A stretch of 64,000 nt of DNA from the NCBI GenBank assembly GCA_020635135.1, contig JACKAJ010000018.1:2567-66566 (forward strand), written 5' to 3'. This DNA comes from Halobacteriovoraceae bacterium. Lineage in GTDB: Bacteria > Bdellovibrionota > Bacteriovoracia > Bacteriovoracales > Bacteriovoracaceae. Positions within the stretch are counted from its first letter, which is position 1. Each line of letters opens with the position of its first letter. A program made the translations under genes and the position numbers. Shown one piece after another: positions 37,927 through 47,836 of this stretch. The notes under the pieces are model-generated. The model was not told the origin of the DNA and did not search any database. It saw nothing but the letters and a program-made list of their open reading frames with translations.

Positions 37927-37956
37927 TTGAATTTCAAACTCGTGTGTACCTATACT
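37927..37956 (+). promoter_or_regulatory. Candidate sigma-70 promoter for the fabI operon
   Basis: TTGAAT, 18 nt, TATACT. This would leave a leader of roughly 110 nt. Confidence 0.4.
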
Positions 37957-38071
37957 ACCTTCTCTCAATAAGGCTGTCATTATCATGGGTTGCAGCTATA
38001 GCTTATGTGCTGTAATCTGCTAGCAAATCCAAGAGGCCAACCTCTAACTTTGTGCGCAATAAAGGAACACT

Positions 38072-38839
38072 ATGGGAATTTTAGAAGGAAAAAATGCAGT
38101 CATTTTCGGAGTCGCCAACGAACGCTCAATTGCTTGGTCAATCGCCAAAACTCTCAAAGCTGAAGGAGCAAATATTGCCTTAAGTTACCTCAATGATGCC
38201 CTCAAAAAAAGGGTCGAACCTCTTTCTCAAGAAATTGGAAGTGAGTTTATCTTTGAGCTCGACGTCACCAACGATCAACAAATGGAAAATCTCGAATCCA
38301 GCATCCGCTCTCATTGGGATAATGTTGATATTATTGTTCACAGTCTTGCCTTTGCCGATAGAGAAGATTTAAAAAATCCATTTATTGAAACTTCGAGGAA
38401 AGGTTTCTTGACTGCCATGGATGTTTCGGCTTATTCACTCATTGGGGTCACCCAAAAGCTTAAAAATCTTTTAGTTCAAAATTCTAAAATTATCACGATG
38501 ACTTATCATGGCTCTCAGCAAGTCATGCCCGGTTATAATGTTATGGGGGTCGCCAAAGCGGCTCTCGAATCTTCAGTTCGCTATCTTGCCTATGATCTTG
38601 GAGAAAGAAAAATTCGCATCAATGCGATATCCGCTGGACCAATCCGTACTCTCGCCGCATCAGGAGTGGCTGGGTTTAAAGAAAAACTCAAAATCGCAGA
38701 AGAAAAATCGGCTCTTCGTGAAAATGTTACCCAAGAAGATGTTGCAAGAACGGCTCTTTATCTCTGTAGTGATCTTTCCTCTGGAGTGACGGGGGAAATT
38801 CTCTATGTCGATTCTGGTCTTTCGATCATGGGAGGATAA
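38072..38839 (+). CDS. fabI: Enoyl-ACP reductase (NADH), FabI
   Basis: 255 aa. GVANERSIAW dinucleotide-binding region and a Y-x6-K catalytic block YNVMGVAKAALE. Confidence 0.9.
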   Translation: MGILEGKNAVIFGVANERSIAWSIAKTLKAEGANIALSYLNDALKKRVEPLSQEIGSEFIFELDVTNDQQMENLESSIRSHWDNVDIIVHSLAFADREDLKNPFIETSRKGFLTAMDVSAYSLIGVTQKLKNLLVQNSKIITMTYHGSQQVMPGYNVMGVAKAALESSVRYLAYDLGERKIRINAISAGPIRTLAASGVAGFKEKLKIAEEKSALRENVTQEDVARTALYLCSDLSSGVTGEILYVDSGLSIMGG

Positions 38840-38841
38840 AA

Positions 38842-39252
38842 TTGAAGGAATACCCCTTTGGTCAGTTTGGACCGGAACACTTAAAGAAAATAAAGCCTGG
38901 TATTGATACTTTCAACGCTCAAAAATATTGGGAATGCCATGAAGAGCTCGAACATGTCTGGCTTGAAGATAAAAATGATCCTGCAAGAAATGTCTACTGG
39001 GCAGTGATTCAAGTAGCCGCCTCAATGGTTCACTACCGAGAAAAAAACCTTATTGGAGCTCAAGGTCTTCTCAATAAGGCTAAAGAAAAATTTAAACGCT
39101 GTCGCGATCAAAATATTGTTACAAACCTAGTTGAGCGCTTTCTCGATTGGAAAGAATTAGAAGATTTAGTCTTTTCTGTTCCCAACGAAAACTCTCAATT
39201 AAGTGACTATCAAAAAATATTTGGATTTCGATTTAAAAACTATCCCTATTAA
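38842..39252 (+). CDS. DUF309-domain protein
   Basis: The TTG start lies 5 nt after GGAGGA. YWECHEELEHVWL matches the DUF309 W-x-x-HE-x-LE-x-x-W signature. Confidence 0.65.
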   Translation: MKEYPFGQFGPEHLKKIKPGIDTFNAQKYWECHEELEHVWLEDKNDPARNVYWAVIQVAASMVHYREKNLIGAQGLLNKAKEKFKRCRDQNIVTNLVERFLDWKELEDLVFSVPNENSQLSDYQKIFGFRFKNYPY

Positions 39253-39299
39253 ACTAAACTTAAAACGTGATTATCTTAGGGACGATTTCTTACATAAAT

Positions 39300-40034
39300 A
39301 TGAAGAACGTATATAAAGTTTTCAAGCAAGCCATTTCCTATATCTTTAGTGACAAGATTAACTTGCTCTTTGCTAGTGTTCCGATTCTTTTAGGTCTTCT
39401 TATTTATTATTTTGCTTTTTATTCAACATACGACGTAGTCATGAATTGGCTTAATTCCTTTCTCTCAAGTCTTGTACAGTCTGATGGTTTTTGGGGAATT
39501 TTTATCACTTATTTTGTTAAGACGATCCTCTTTGTCTTAAGTTTCTTTTTCATAAATTGGACTTTTGTTTTAGTCGTTACAACTCTCGCAAGTCCTTTCA
39601 ATGATTTGATTAGTGAGCGAGTCGAAAAAACCATCAAAGGATTACCTCAAGAACAACTCGACAAAAGCCTTAAAAGAATCATTAAAAGATTGGGTTTCAC
39701 CATTATTAATGAATCAAAAAAAATGCTCTTTATTATTGTTCTCACATTTATTGCTTTGGTCCTTGGTTATATACCGATCTTAGCGCCTTTTTCTCTTCTT
39801 ATTACTTTCTTTTTGGTTTCTATTGAATTTGTAGATTATGCCTGGAGCCGCCATAGCCTTCCCTTTGGATCTTGTGTAGGAAATCTCACCCAGTACTCCT
39901 TTCACTACTTAGTCGCAGGCGCACTTTATTTTCTTTTTATTAATATTCCCGTTTTCAATCTCTTAGTTCCGTCAATTGCCACAGCTCACTTCACGACTTT
40001 TTATATTAAGAAAACCAACCAAATCGAAATTTAG
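39300..40034 (+). CDS. EI24/CysZ-family integral membrane protein
   Basis: LASPFNDLISERVE, EFVDYAWSRH and IPVFNLLVPSIATAHFT fit the CysZ/EI24 pattern. The start is uncertain (ATG at 39300 or GTG at 39267). Confidence 0.65.
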   Translation: MKNVYKVFKQAISYIFSDKINLLFASVPILLGLLIYYFAFYSTYDVVMNWLNSFLSSLVQSDGFWGIFITYFVKTILFVLSFFFINWTFVLVVTTLASPFNDLISERVEKTIKGLPQEQLDKSLKRIIKRLGFTIINESKKMLFIIVLTFIALVLGYIPILAPFSLLITFFLVSIEFVDYAWSRHSLPFGSCVGNLTQYSFHYLVAGALYFLFINIPVFNLLVPSIATAHFTTFYIKKTNQIEI

Positions 40035-40044
40035 AGCGCGTATC

Positions 40045-42294
40045 CTAATATTCTAAAAGTTTTGTCAACATTTCATACACATCACTAACCTGAGGTAAGA
40101 TGACTTCTTCTAATCCTGGGCAATAAGCGACGTGAGTGTCCTTTGCTGCCACTCTCATAGGTGGAGCATCTAAGTATTCAAAGGCGTGTTCATTAATAAG
40201 GGCCATCACTTCCCCTGCAAAGCCAGAAGTCTTGTGTTCTTCATGGGCCACAAGGAGACGATTGGTTTTCTTAACTGATTGAACGACTGTTTCAATATCA
40301 AATGGTGCAATTGTTCTAGCATCGATGATTTCAATACTCATTCCACTCTCTGCTTCAATTCTTTTAGAAGCTTCAACGGCTTTTTGAACGAGAGCACCCC
40401 AACAAAGAACAGTTGCACTTTTTCCCTCTTTTACAATCTTGGCTTTCCCGAAAGGAATCATATAATCGTTACCAGGGTTCGCAGTTCGATTGTAACCTTG
40501 ATAGTAGAGATGTTTATGCTCTAAAAACATAACAGGATCATCACTGCGAATCGCAGTTCTCAATAATCCTGCAGCATCAAGAGCATTCGAAGGATATACA
40601 ACTCGAATACCAGGAATATGGGTAAAAAGTGATTCTCCTGATTGCGAGTGATACATGGCCCCTCCGCGCAAGTAACCACCAATCGGTACCCGCACCACCA
40701 TCGGGCAAGAATAATCACCGCCGCTTCTGTAGCGAGTGGTGGCCATCTCATTTTTCAATTGCATATAGGCTGTCCAGATATAATCAAAAAATTGAATTTC
40801 GACGACTGGCTTTAACCCTCGCATCGCCATCCCAATCGCTCGGCCAATAATATTCGCCTCTGCAAGCGGTGAATTGAATACTTGGTGAATTCTTCCCTTT
40901 TCATCGGCAACTCTTTGGCAACCGCTGGTGACTTTAAAAACTCCACCTTTTCCAGCTAAATCTGGATTTTTTAATTTTTCTAATTGAGAAAAATCAGCGA
41001 CATCTTCACCAAAGATGCGTATCAAAGGGTTGTTTCCCACTTCATTTTTAAGAACGCGATTGATCGCTCCTGCCATTGGGATATCAGCTTTTCCACTAAA
41101 CTCTGGCTTAGTATCAAATTGCTCTGATGTCGGATCAACATCTTCAGAATAAAGATGATCAGCATAAGTCTTTGGCTCTGGCCAAGGAACATTGATTGCC
41201 TCTTTCATGGCTTCTTTGACATCGTTGTCCACATCGTTTTTTAAAGCTTTTATTTCTGATTCCGTTAACAAGCCCGACTTTGTTAAAAAGCGTGGGAAAG
41301 AATTAATAACATCAATTTCAGATTCAATTTCTAATTCTTTTTTTGTCCGATAATATTTTTGATCATCAGAAAGTGAGTGTGAATAAGGTCGCGTGCAATT
41401 TGCGTGAATAAGAACAGGTCCTTTTTTGGCCCTTAAGTGTTTTTCAGCTTCCTTTACGGTATCGTAACTTTCAATAGGGCAGTTGCCATCACACTTTAAA
41501 ACTTTTAGTCCTGGAAATTTATCCAAAGTTTTCGAAATTGATCCACCTGGAGTTTGCACTTCCACAGGAACTGAGATTGCAAACCCATTATCCTCCACCA
41601 TGAATAGAACAGGGAGTTTATTGACTGAAGCTGTAGTTAAAGATTCCCAAAACTCTCCTTGCGAAGTTGTTCCATCTCCACTTGAAACGTATACAATTTC
41701 ATCTTTATTGAAAGTTAAACCATCGGCATGTTTTATTTCATGAAGATATTCTCCCGCTTCTGCGAGACCAACCGCCTGTAAGAACTGAGTCCCAGTACAC
41801 GATGAGCGGCTGACGATATTGAGTTTTTTATTTCCCCAGTGAGCGGGCATTTGGCGTCCATGAGAAGCTGTATCTCCTGTATTTCCGTTCGCCTGGCAGA
41901 GCATCTCATAAGGAGTCACTCCAAGCCCTGTGCAAAGTGCTCGATCGCGGTAATAGCAGACAAAATAATCATAAGCTGGTTTTAGAACTTTTGATACAGC
42001 CGTTAAAATTCCTTCGTGCCCAGCTCCTGAAATTTGGAAATAAGCTTTAGACTGCTTTTTCATGTTTATTTCAGCATCATCCAGCCTTCTTGAGAGCAAA
42101 ATGTTTTCCATCATTTGAAGGAGATCATATTTTTTGAGACCATGTTTTTTAATTAGGCTTAATTTCTTTTTATAGGCAGCTGATAGATTAGACTTTGCTT
42201 TTGGTTTTGATTTATGAGCAGTTGATTTTTTATTAGATGTTTTTTTCGCTTTACGCTTTGTCGATGTTTTTACTGAGCGGCTAACTCTCGTCAT
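40045..42294 (-). CDS. 2-oxoacid (branched-chain type) dehydrogenase E1 component, fused alpha+beta subunits, with Lys-rich N-terminal tail
   Basis: The alpha part carries TPP motif SSGDGTTSQGEFWE...VEDNGFAIS. The beta part carries FNSPLAEANIIGRAIGMAMRGLKPVVEIQFFDY. The first ~55 aa are KKx-rich (KRKAKKTSNKKSTAHKSKPKAK). Confidence 0.85.
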   Translation of the reverse strand: MTRVSRSVKTSTKRKAKKTSNKKSTAHKSKPKAKSNLSAAYKKKLSLIKKHGLKKYDLLQMMENILLSRRLDDAEINMKKQSKAYFQISGAGHEGILTAVSKVLKPAYDYFVCYYRDRALCTGLGVTPYEMLCQANGNTGDTASHGRQMPAHWGNKKLNIVSRSSCTGTQFLQAVGLAEAGEYLHEIKHADGLTFNKDEIVYVSSGDGTTSQGEFWESLTTASVNKLPVLFMVEDNGFAISVPVEVQTPGGSISKTLDKFPGLKVLKCDGNCPIESYDTVKEAEKHLRAKKGPVLIHANCTRPYSHSLSDDQKYYRTKKELEIESEIDVINSFPRFLTKSGLLTESEIKALKNDVDNDVKEAMKEAINVPWPEPKTYADHLYSEDVDPTSEQFDTKPEFSGKADIPMAGAINRVLKNEVGNNPLIRIFGEDVADFSQLEKLKNPDLAGKGGVFKVTSGCQRVADEKGRIHQVFNSPLAEANIIGRAIGMAMRGLKPVVEIQFFDYIWTAYMQLKNEMATTRYRSGGDYSCPMVVRVPIGGYLRGGAMYHSQSGESLFTHIPGIRVVYPSNALDAAGLLRTAIRSDDPVMFLEHKHLYYQGYNRTANPGNDYMIPFGKAKIVKEGKSATVLCWGALVQKAVEASKRIEAESGMSIEIIDARTIAPFDIETVVQSVKKTNRLLVAHEEHKTSGFAGEVMALINEHAFEYLDAPPMRVAAKDTHVAYCPGLEEVILPQVSDVYEMLTKLLEY

Positions 42295-42404
42295 GCTCTT
42301 CCCTTTGCTATGTGTTAAATTGATTTTCAGTCTTTAATTTAAGTACTCGATTTGTCAGCATTTGAAAAGAATTGACTCGGGGCATCCATGGTATGCCCTT
42401 ACAC

Positions 42405-42911
42405 TTAGTGGACTTGGAGCCATTCATAAAGATGGTAGCGATGGGATTTCATCCCAAGTGACTCGTAAGCTTTTATAGCCTTTTCATTTTCTTTCTCCAC
42501 ATAAAGTCTAAGGCCCCTAAGTGAATCATCTTTTTCGACTTTATCCACCAAGAATTGGTAGAGAGATTTGTAAACACCTGTTTTTCGAAATTCTGGAAGT
42601 GTATAAACAGAATGGATCCAGACAATATTTCCAGCGCGCCAGTCACTCCACTCATAAAGAGTGAGAAGACAACCTACCGGTTTTCCTTGCTCGTTAAGAG
42701 CCACATAATAGGAGCCAATTTCTGAATGTTCAAAAACGTGAGTAACACCATCTTGAATCGTCTTTGAATCGAGTTGAATACCCTCAGATTCCATGGCCAT
42801 CATTTGTTGAGCATAGATGATAAATTCGCAGTCTCTTTCTTTCTTAGCAACTTCAACTGTGTATCGGCTCACAAAAACCTCTAAATTCTCACCCAATTGA
42901 ATGCTCTCCAA
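42405..42911 (-). CDS. GNAT-family N-acetyltransferase
   Basis: 168 aa. The acetyl-CoA loop is VYTLPEFRKTGVYKSLYQFL and the C-terminal block is AIKAYESLGM. Confidence 0.75.
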   Translation of the reverse strand: MESIQLGENLEVFVSRYTVEVAKKERDCEFIIYAQQMMAMESEGIQLDSKTIQDGVTHVFEHSEIGSYYVALNEQGKPVGCLLTLYEWSDWRAGNIVWIHSVYTLPEFRKTGVYKSLYQFLVDKVEKDDSLRGLRLYVEKENEKAIKAYESLGMKSHRYHLYEWLQVH

Positions 42912-43420
42912 GGTGTTTTTGCTTTAAATTCATTCCAAGGAACCGAAGAATTATGAATAAGAAAAAAGCTTCCTTTATCAACTGCCTCTTCTTGAGAATA
43001 AGGAATAGTCACTGAATTATTAGCATCATAAGCATCTGGTAAAACTAGCTGATATTTATCATCACCAAGTTTTGTAATTATCCCTAATCCTGTCAATTTT
43101 AATGATTCATGGAGTTGCCCAGGCATCACTTCAATTTCTGCAACGATTTCTCCTCCGAGTTCACAAACTTTTAAATTATAGCTGAAGTTTTCTTCGTCGA
43201 GATCACCTGGAGCTAGCCTTACTTTAATTTGATTATCAGTGTCTTTGAAAATTTCTATCGTATTGGAATCATCAACTCCTAAATCATCATAGTATTGGTA
43301 ATTTCCAATAAATGACTCAGATAATTGAGCATCATTTTGAGGGCAATAACCTCTCTCATTTATTGTACAAGACAAAAGGCTCAGACTCATAAAAGCGATG
43401 AGTAACCAATGGATTTTCAT
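42881..43420 (-). CDS. Lipoprotein of unknown function
   Basis: Lipobox MKIHWLLIAFMSLSLLS|C. The 3' end overlaps the GNAT start by 31 nt. Confidence 0.55.
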   Translation of the reverse strand: MKIHWLLIAFMSLSLLSCTINERGYCPQNDAQLSESFIGNYQYYDDLGVDDSNTIEIFKDTDNQIKVRLAPGDLDEENFSYNLKVCELGGEIVAEIEVMPGQLHESLKLTGLGIITKLGDDKYQLVLPDAYDANNSVTIPYSQEEAVDKGSFFLIHNSSVPWNEFKAKTPWRAFNWVRI

Positions 43421-43589
43421 AAAGACTCCTCAAGTTCACTGTTAGGGAAATTAATTGCGCTTTATGTACCATGGACACTTAGTAAGGACAATCGAGTTTT
43501 GCGGTTCGTTAGTATTTTTTTCAAAATCCTTCCCATATTGAGATCAATACTATAGGAGATCTCTATTAGAAAAAAAACCGGAGTTCTCT

Positions 43590-43934
43590 ATGAAACTTTT
43601 AGCTTTATTATTTTTAATACCAATGTATGGATTCACTGAGACAATCAAATTTGATTGCATAGTTCAAGACCCAGATTACCCCATTCCCCTCTCTATTAAA
43701 ATTCGCGACATTCACAATGTCAGTACTGTTTATGATGACATGATGGGAGATGATGAATGTGAACTCATTCAAAGCTTGAAAGATACTTATCAATATGAAT
43801 GCGAAAATGATTATCTCTTTAGCATCCCAAATAACTTCCAAGAAGTTTACGACGATTTTGAATCTTTTACTGGGAACTTCATTAAAAGAAATGGGAAAAG
43901 CTACGACTTAGAATGCTCATCTAAGCCTCTTTAA
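43590..43934 (+). CDS. Small secreted Cys-rich hypothetical protein
   Basis: SD GGAG lies upstream. Signal-like MKLLALLFLIPMYGFT. Five Cys in the mature part. Confidence 0.5.
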   Translation: MKLLALLFLIPMYGFTETIKFDCIVQDPDYPIPLSIKIRDIHNVSTVYDDMMGDDECELIQSLKDTYQYECENDYLFSIPNNFQEVYDDFESFTGNFIKRNGKSYDLECSSKPL

Positions 43935-44667
43935 AAATAGGCTCGAAAACCGTAAAACAAACCTTCGTTAAGTGGTTTTGATTCGTCAGTGGTGAGGAGA
44001 TCTGTCACCAAATTTGACTCTCTAAACCACTTAGCAAAAATCCTCAAATTGATAAATTCAAAAAAAAGACCATAGGAATAACGAGTCCCTTCAACTTCAT
44101 AAGTGTTGGTTTCATTTTCATTCTTTATAATTTTTCGATAACTGCCAGTGAAACCAAGTTTATCTATAACATAAAGATTTGATCTCACTTGCAGGAAATC
44201 TGTTCGCAAATCCCCATACAGTGCATTTTCTCGAACATTTCTTCCATAGGACAGTATAGATTAGTAGTCTGTAGACTGGAACCGAGTAAACGAAAGCTCG
44301 CCAGATAACTAATATTAGACCCTTCACCCATATTGATTGTGTTGTATTCAAATCCTAAAAAATATATAAAGAAACCAGCTGAAAAAATTTGATGAGTCTT
44401 CTCCATATAGAATTCATCGGAATCATTTTTCAAGGAACCAAGAGCCCCTTCCAAATACAGTTCTATGGGTGTCGCCTGTTCACTTAAAAGTGCCCATTGA
44501 TCCATCAATTGCATTCTTCTTTTGGTGCTTATCCAGTCGGCAAGAGTCCAGCGCGATTGTTCTTTAAGCATTTGTTTTTCAGAGCTCGATAATTGATTCT
44601 CATCCTTTTGAGAAAAGGCCATTTGGCAGAAAAAAGCGATGAGTATGATGGTTGGCAGTTTTCGCAT
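43931..44667 (-). pseudogene. Outer-membrane beta-barrel protein gene split by a frameshift near 44255-44270
   Basis: The 5' ORF has signal MRKLPTIILIAFFCQMAFS|Q and beta-strand patterns up to ..FRLLGSSLQTTN, then reads as junk (CPMEEMFEKMHCMGICEQISCK*). A second frame opens at 44260 (SILSYGRNVRENALYGDLRTDFLQVRSNLYV...) and ends in the OMP-type terminus GLFYGFRAYF. Confidence 0.55.
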
Positions 44668-44975
44668 GTTTATAATTTTAACTGAAACCTCTGTTAAAAA
44701 CTATAAGCACTTGAATTTCCTGACATTATCAGAAGGCTATTTATTCGTTCGCCCGGTTCCCCTATACTGTACTGATGAGAATAGAAGCCAATTTTGTATT
44801 CTGGGATCTTCAAATGAGAAGAGCTTTAAAAGCTCAAGATGACTCTGTCGAAACAGAATCTGGAGCTGAATCTTCACGTAATGAAGAAGAGATTGATCCT
44901 GAAGCTATCAAAGAAGCCTTTCATCCAGAGGCTTCCTCGGCCAGTCCCAGTGCCTCTTCCATCAGTTTTTCCGAC

Positions 44976-47693
44976 TTATTCTAAAACACTTTCTAGCTTG
45001 ATTGGCTTACCCACCTCAAAAAGTTGAGGACCTATAGCCTCACAAAGTTCACGCGGCTTAATCCCACCATCTGAGAGAAAACTGACTTCAAATTCTATTC
45101 CTTTTCGAATATTTCCCGGGCTCACTTCATAGACTAAATCATCGAGTTCTTGAGTTAAATCCAGAGCTCCTGACTTGGCTTTTAAGATAAAGGGGCGAAT
45201 ATTTTTCTGCTTATATTGTCGCTTTTTACGAGAAAAGGTCTGCACGGTAATGTCTTCTTTGGCCATTACTTGTGCAATGATGGGATCAATCTCTTCAGAA
45301 TTAACTGGTACAAAATAGCGAATTCTCGCAATAGATTCCTGAATAGAGGTATCATTTTTTTGAACCTCCCAAGCTCTTTTAAAGACAATCCCCTTTTCGG
45401 AATTTTCTTGTAAGCTTTTCAAGACAGAATCAATATCATCCCACTGCTCAGGAACGCGGATATCAAAAAATTCTGAAAAGCTTTGAATACCAAGAGAAAG
45501 CGCTGGCCCAAAAGAAAAAAGAGGTCGTTGATTGTAACCTTCAGAAAAAAGAGTTCCGACACCCGCTCTTTTAAAAATCCTAGCAATAATTTTTTGAAGA
45601 TCGAGGTGTCCCACAAAGCTGAGAGGTCCAATTTTTGAAAACTCGATTCGATATTTAAAACCCACAAATTGTCCACGATGCTCACGTATTTCACCAATAT
45701 CGCGTTTGAGTTTCTCTGGCTCTACATATTCAATGTTTTTATAAGCCTTCATATCCGTCAAATACTCTCGTCTCTCTTCTACCATTTCTTTGAGATCACA
45801 CGCTAAACCACAATGATAGCAAACCAACTTTTTCTTATCGATATCAAATTTCTTTTGAAGACTTTCAAGATCCGAATCATGAACTATATCACCCACAACT
45901 TTTCCACATGGAGGAGACAAACGATTTTTAGTCGCCTTTTTCCATTCTCTCTCTAAAAACCCTGGCTCTAGCCCAACACTAATATGATCCCAAGGAAGTT
46001 TGGCGTTGAGAGGAATTGTTCCTAGAAGATACTGAACTTCAATTCCCAATTCTTCAATACTCTCGAGCCAGATGTCATGTTTAAAAGTTTCATCCCAACC
46101 ATCAAAGCGCGCACCCTTTGACCACGAAAGGTATATCAATTCGCCAAGACGTCGATCTCCTCGAGCAATAATTCCTTCGAGGTGAGAAATTCTTGAAGTG
46201 TGCTTACGAAAACTCAATTTATATTTTTTTGAATAATCAAAAAGAAGATTTTGCTTTCGAATAATTTCATCGAGATTAAGCATCGCTGCCCATTGAAAAG
46301 GTGTGTGAGGCTTGGGTACAAAAGTCGAAGCCGAAATAGTGATATTTGGGTTATTCACCTTGCACTCATATTTGGCAACGTCTTTGGCCTTTTTTCCCGT
46401 CTCCATAATCGCTATCACATCTTCATCATCTTCAGTCGGAAGCCCAATCATGAAATAAAGCTTCATTTTTTTCCACCCACGAGCAAAAACATCGCGAGCA
46501 GTTTGCAACATGTCTTCTTCTGAAATATTTTTGTTAATAACGTCTCTCATTCTTTGAGACCCCGCTTCAGGGGCAAAAGTCAAAGATGTATTTTTCACTT
46601 CATAGAGTTTATCGAGAATTCTTTTGTCTAATCCATAGGCTCGAAGAGAGCTAATACCAAGAGTCGATTTATCATCAGATAATTTATCCAAGAGATCCAC
46701 CACCAGCGGGGTTACCGCTGAATAGTCTGCAGTCGAAAGACAAGTAAGAGAAGCCTCGTCAAAGCCTCCATTTTTTATTCCATCCATCACAAGATCGATA
46801 ACATTCTGAGGGGCACGCTCGCGAACGGGTCGATAAATCATTCCTGCCTGGCAAAACCGGCAACCTTCAGTACACCCTCTCGCCAACTCGACAGAGAAGC
46901 GATCAAAAATGGCCGTCATGTGAGGTATGGGAGACTTTGTCGGAAATGGATAATCTTTTAAGCTTTTAACGTAAAATCTCTCAATCCGATTAGGAATTTT
47001 CCCTCGGTATTCAGATTTGGGAGCGGATACATATTGAAGGCTTGAAAATTCATCTATTTCCACGTCGTAAAAAGAAGGAACATAGACGCCATCCCAACTG
47101 GCAAGAGCCAATAAAATGTCATTGCGACTCATTTCTTTCTTGCGACTCTCTCCTATAAAATGAGCGATTTGAGCAAAGAGAATTTCTCCATCACCAATCA
47201 CAAAAAAATCAATAAATGGTGCCAGGGGTTCGGGATGAGTTGCGCAAGGGCCACCCGCAATGACAAAAGGATCACTTTCTTTTCTCTCCGATTGCCAAAG
47301 AGGAATCTTCCCTAAATCGAGCATTGTGAGAATGTTGGTGTAAGACATTTCATATTGAAGAGAAAATCCCACCACATCAAATTCACAGAGCGTCTTGAAA
47401 TTTTCTAAAGTTACGAGTGGAAGATTTCTATCGCGAAGCTCTTTTTCCATATCTACCCAAGGAGTAAAACAACGCTCCGCTAAGAGTTCAGGAATTTTAT
47501 TAATTTCTTCGTAAAGAATCTTAAATCCAAGATGGCTCATCCCTATTTCATAGGTATCGGGAAAACAAAGTGCCACTTTCGCTTTCACGTCATCCCAGTT
47601 TTTTCTTTGAATAAAATGTTCACCGCCAATGTAGCGAGCAGGCTTGAGAACTTCTTCTAAAAATGATGAGTATGGGTTCGAGAGGTGCCCCAT
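44976..47693 (-). CDS. B12-binding-domain radical SAM protein fused to a DUF2344-type C-terminal domain (TIGR03960/TIGR03936-like)
   Basis: 905 aa with a CxxxCxxC motif CTEGCRFCQAG. The ~230-aa C-terminal extension starts FKYRIEFSKIGPLSFVGHLD, typical of the DUF2344 partner. Confidence 0.85.
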   Translation of the reverse strand: MGHLSNPYSSFLEEVLKPARYIGGEHFIQRKNWDDVKAKVALCFPDTYEIGMSHLGFKILYEEINKIPELLAERCFTPWVDMEKELRDRNLPLVTLENFKTLCEFDVVGFSLQYEMSYTNILTMLDLGKIPLWQSERKESDPFVIAGGPCATHPEPLAPFIDFFVIGDGEILFAQIAHFIGESRKKEMSRNDILLALASWDGVYVPSFYDVEIDEFSSLQYVSAPKSEYRGKIPNRIERFYVKSLKDYPFPTKSPIPHMTAIFDRFSVELARGCTEGCRFCQAGMIYRPVRERAPQNVIDLVMDGIKNGGFDEASLTCLSTADYSAVTPLVVDLLDKLSDDKSTLGISSLRAYGLDKRILDKLYEVKNTSLTFAPEAGSQRMRDVINKNISEEDMLQTARDVFARGWKKMKLYFMIGLPTEDDEDVIAIMETGKKAKDVAKYECKVNNPNITISASTFVPKPHTPFQWAAMLNLDEIIRKQNLLFDYSKKYKLSFRKHTSRISHLEGIIARGDRRLGELIYLSWSKGARFDGWDETFKHDIWLESIEELGIEVQYLLGTIPLNAKLPWDHISVGLEPGFLEREWKKATKNRLSPPCGKVVGDIVHDSDLESLQKKFDIDKKKLVCYHCGLACDLKEMVEERREYLTDMKAYKNIEYVEPEKLKRDIGEIREHRGQFVGFKYRIEFSKIGPLSFVGHLDLQKIIARIFKRAGVGTLFSEGYNQRPLFSFGPALSLGIQSFSEFFDIRVPEQWDDIDSVLKSLQENSEKGIVFKRAWEVQKNDTSIQESIARIRYFVPVNSEEIDPIIAQVMAKEDITVQTFSRKKRQYKQKNIRPFILKAKSGALDLTQELDDLVYEVSPGNIRKGIEFEVSFLSDGGIKPRELCEAIGPQLFEVGKPIKLESVLE

Positions 47694-47836
47694 GGAATTT
47701 TCCTTTGTTGTTTGTCTCTGCTAGCTCTATTAAGTCAGCAGGAGGGATTCAAACCCTCATTTAATTGTGATATCTTCGTATAGCAGAATAAATTTAGGTT
47801 TAAAACCTCTGGCAATTTCATTAAGATGGGTCGCGT

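Noticed and set aside
42380-42398. Hairpin GGGCAT-CCATGGT-ATGCCC downstream of the GNAT gene as a terminator
   Set aside because: The stem is only 6 bp and the U-tract is separated from the stem, which is too weak to call.
47730-47770. tRNA T-arm-like hairpin GAGGGATTCAAACCCTC between the radical SAM gene and hisS
   Set aside because: No acceptor, D or anticodon arms can be folded around it, so it is probably just a small stem in a divergent promoter region.
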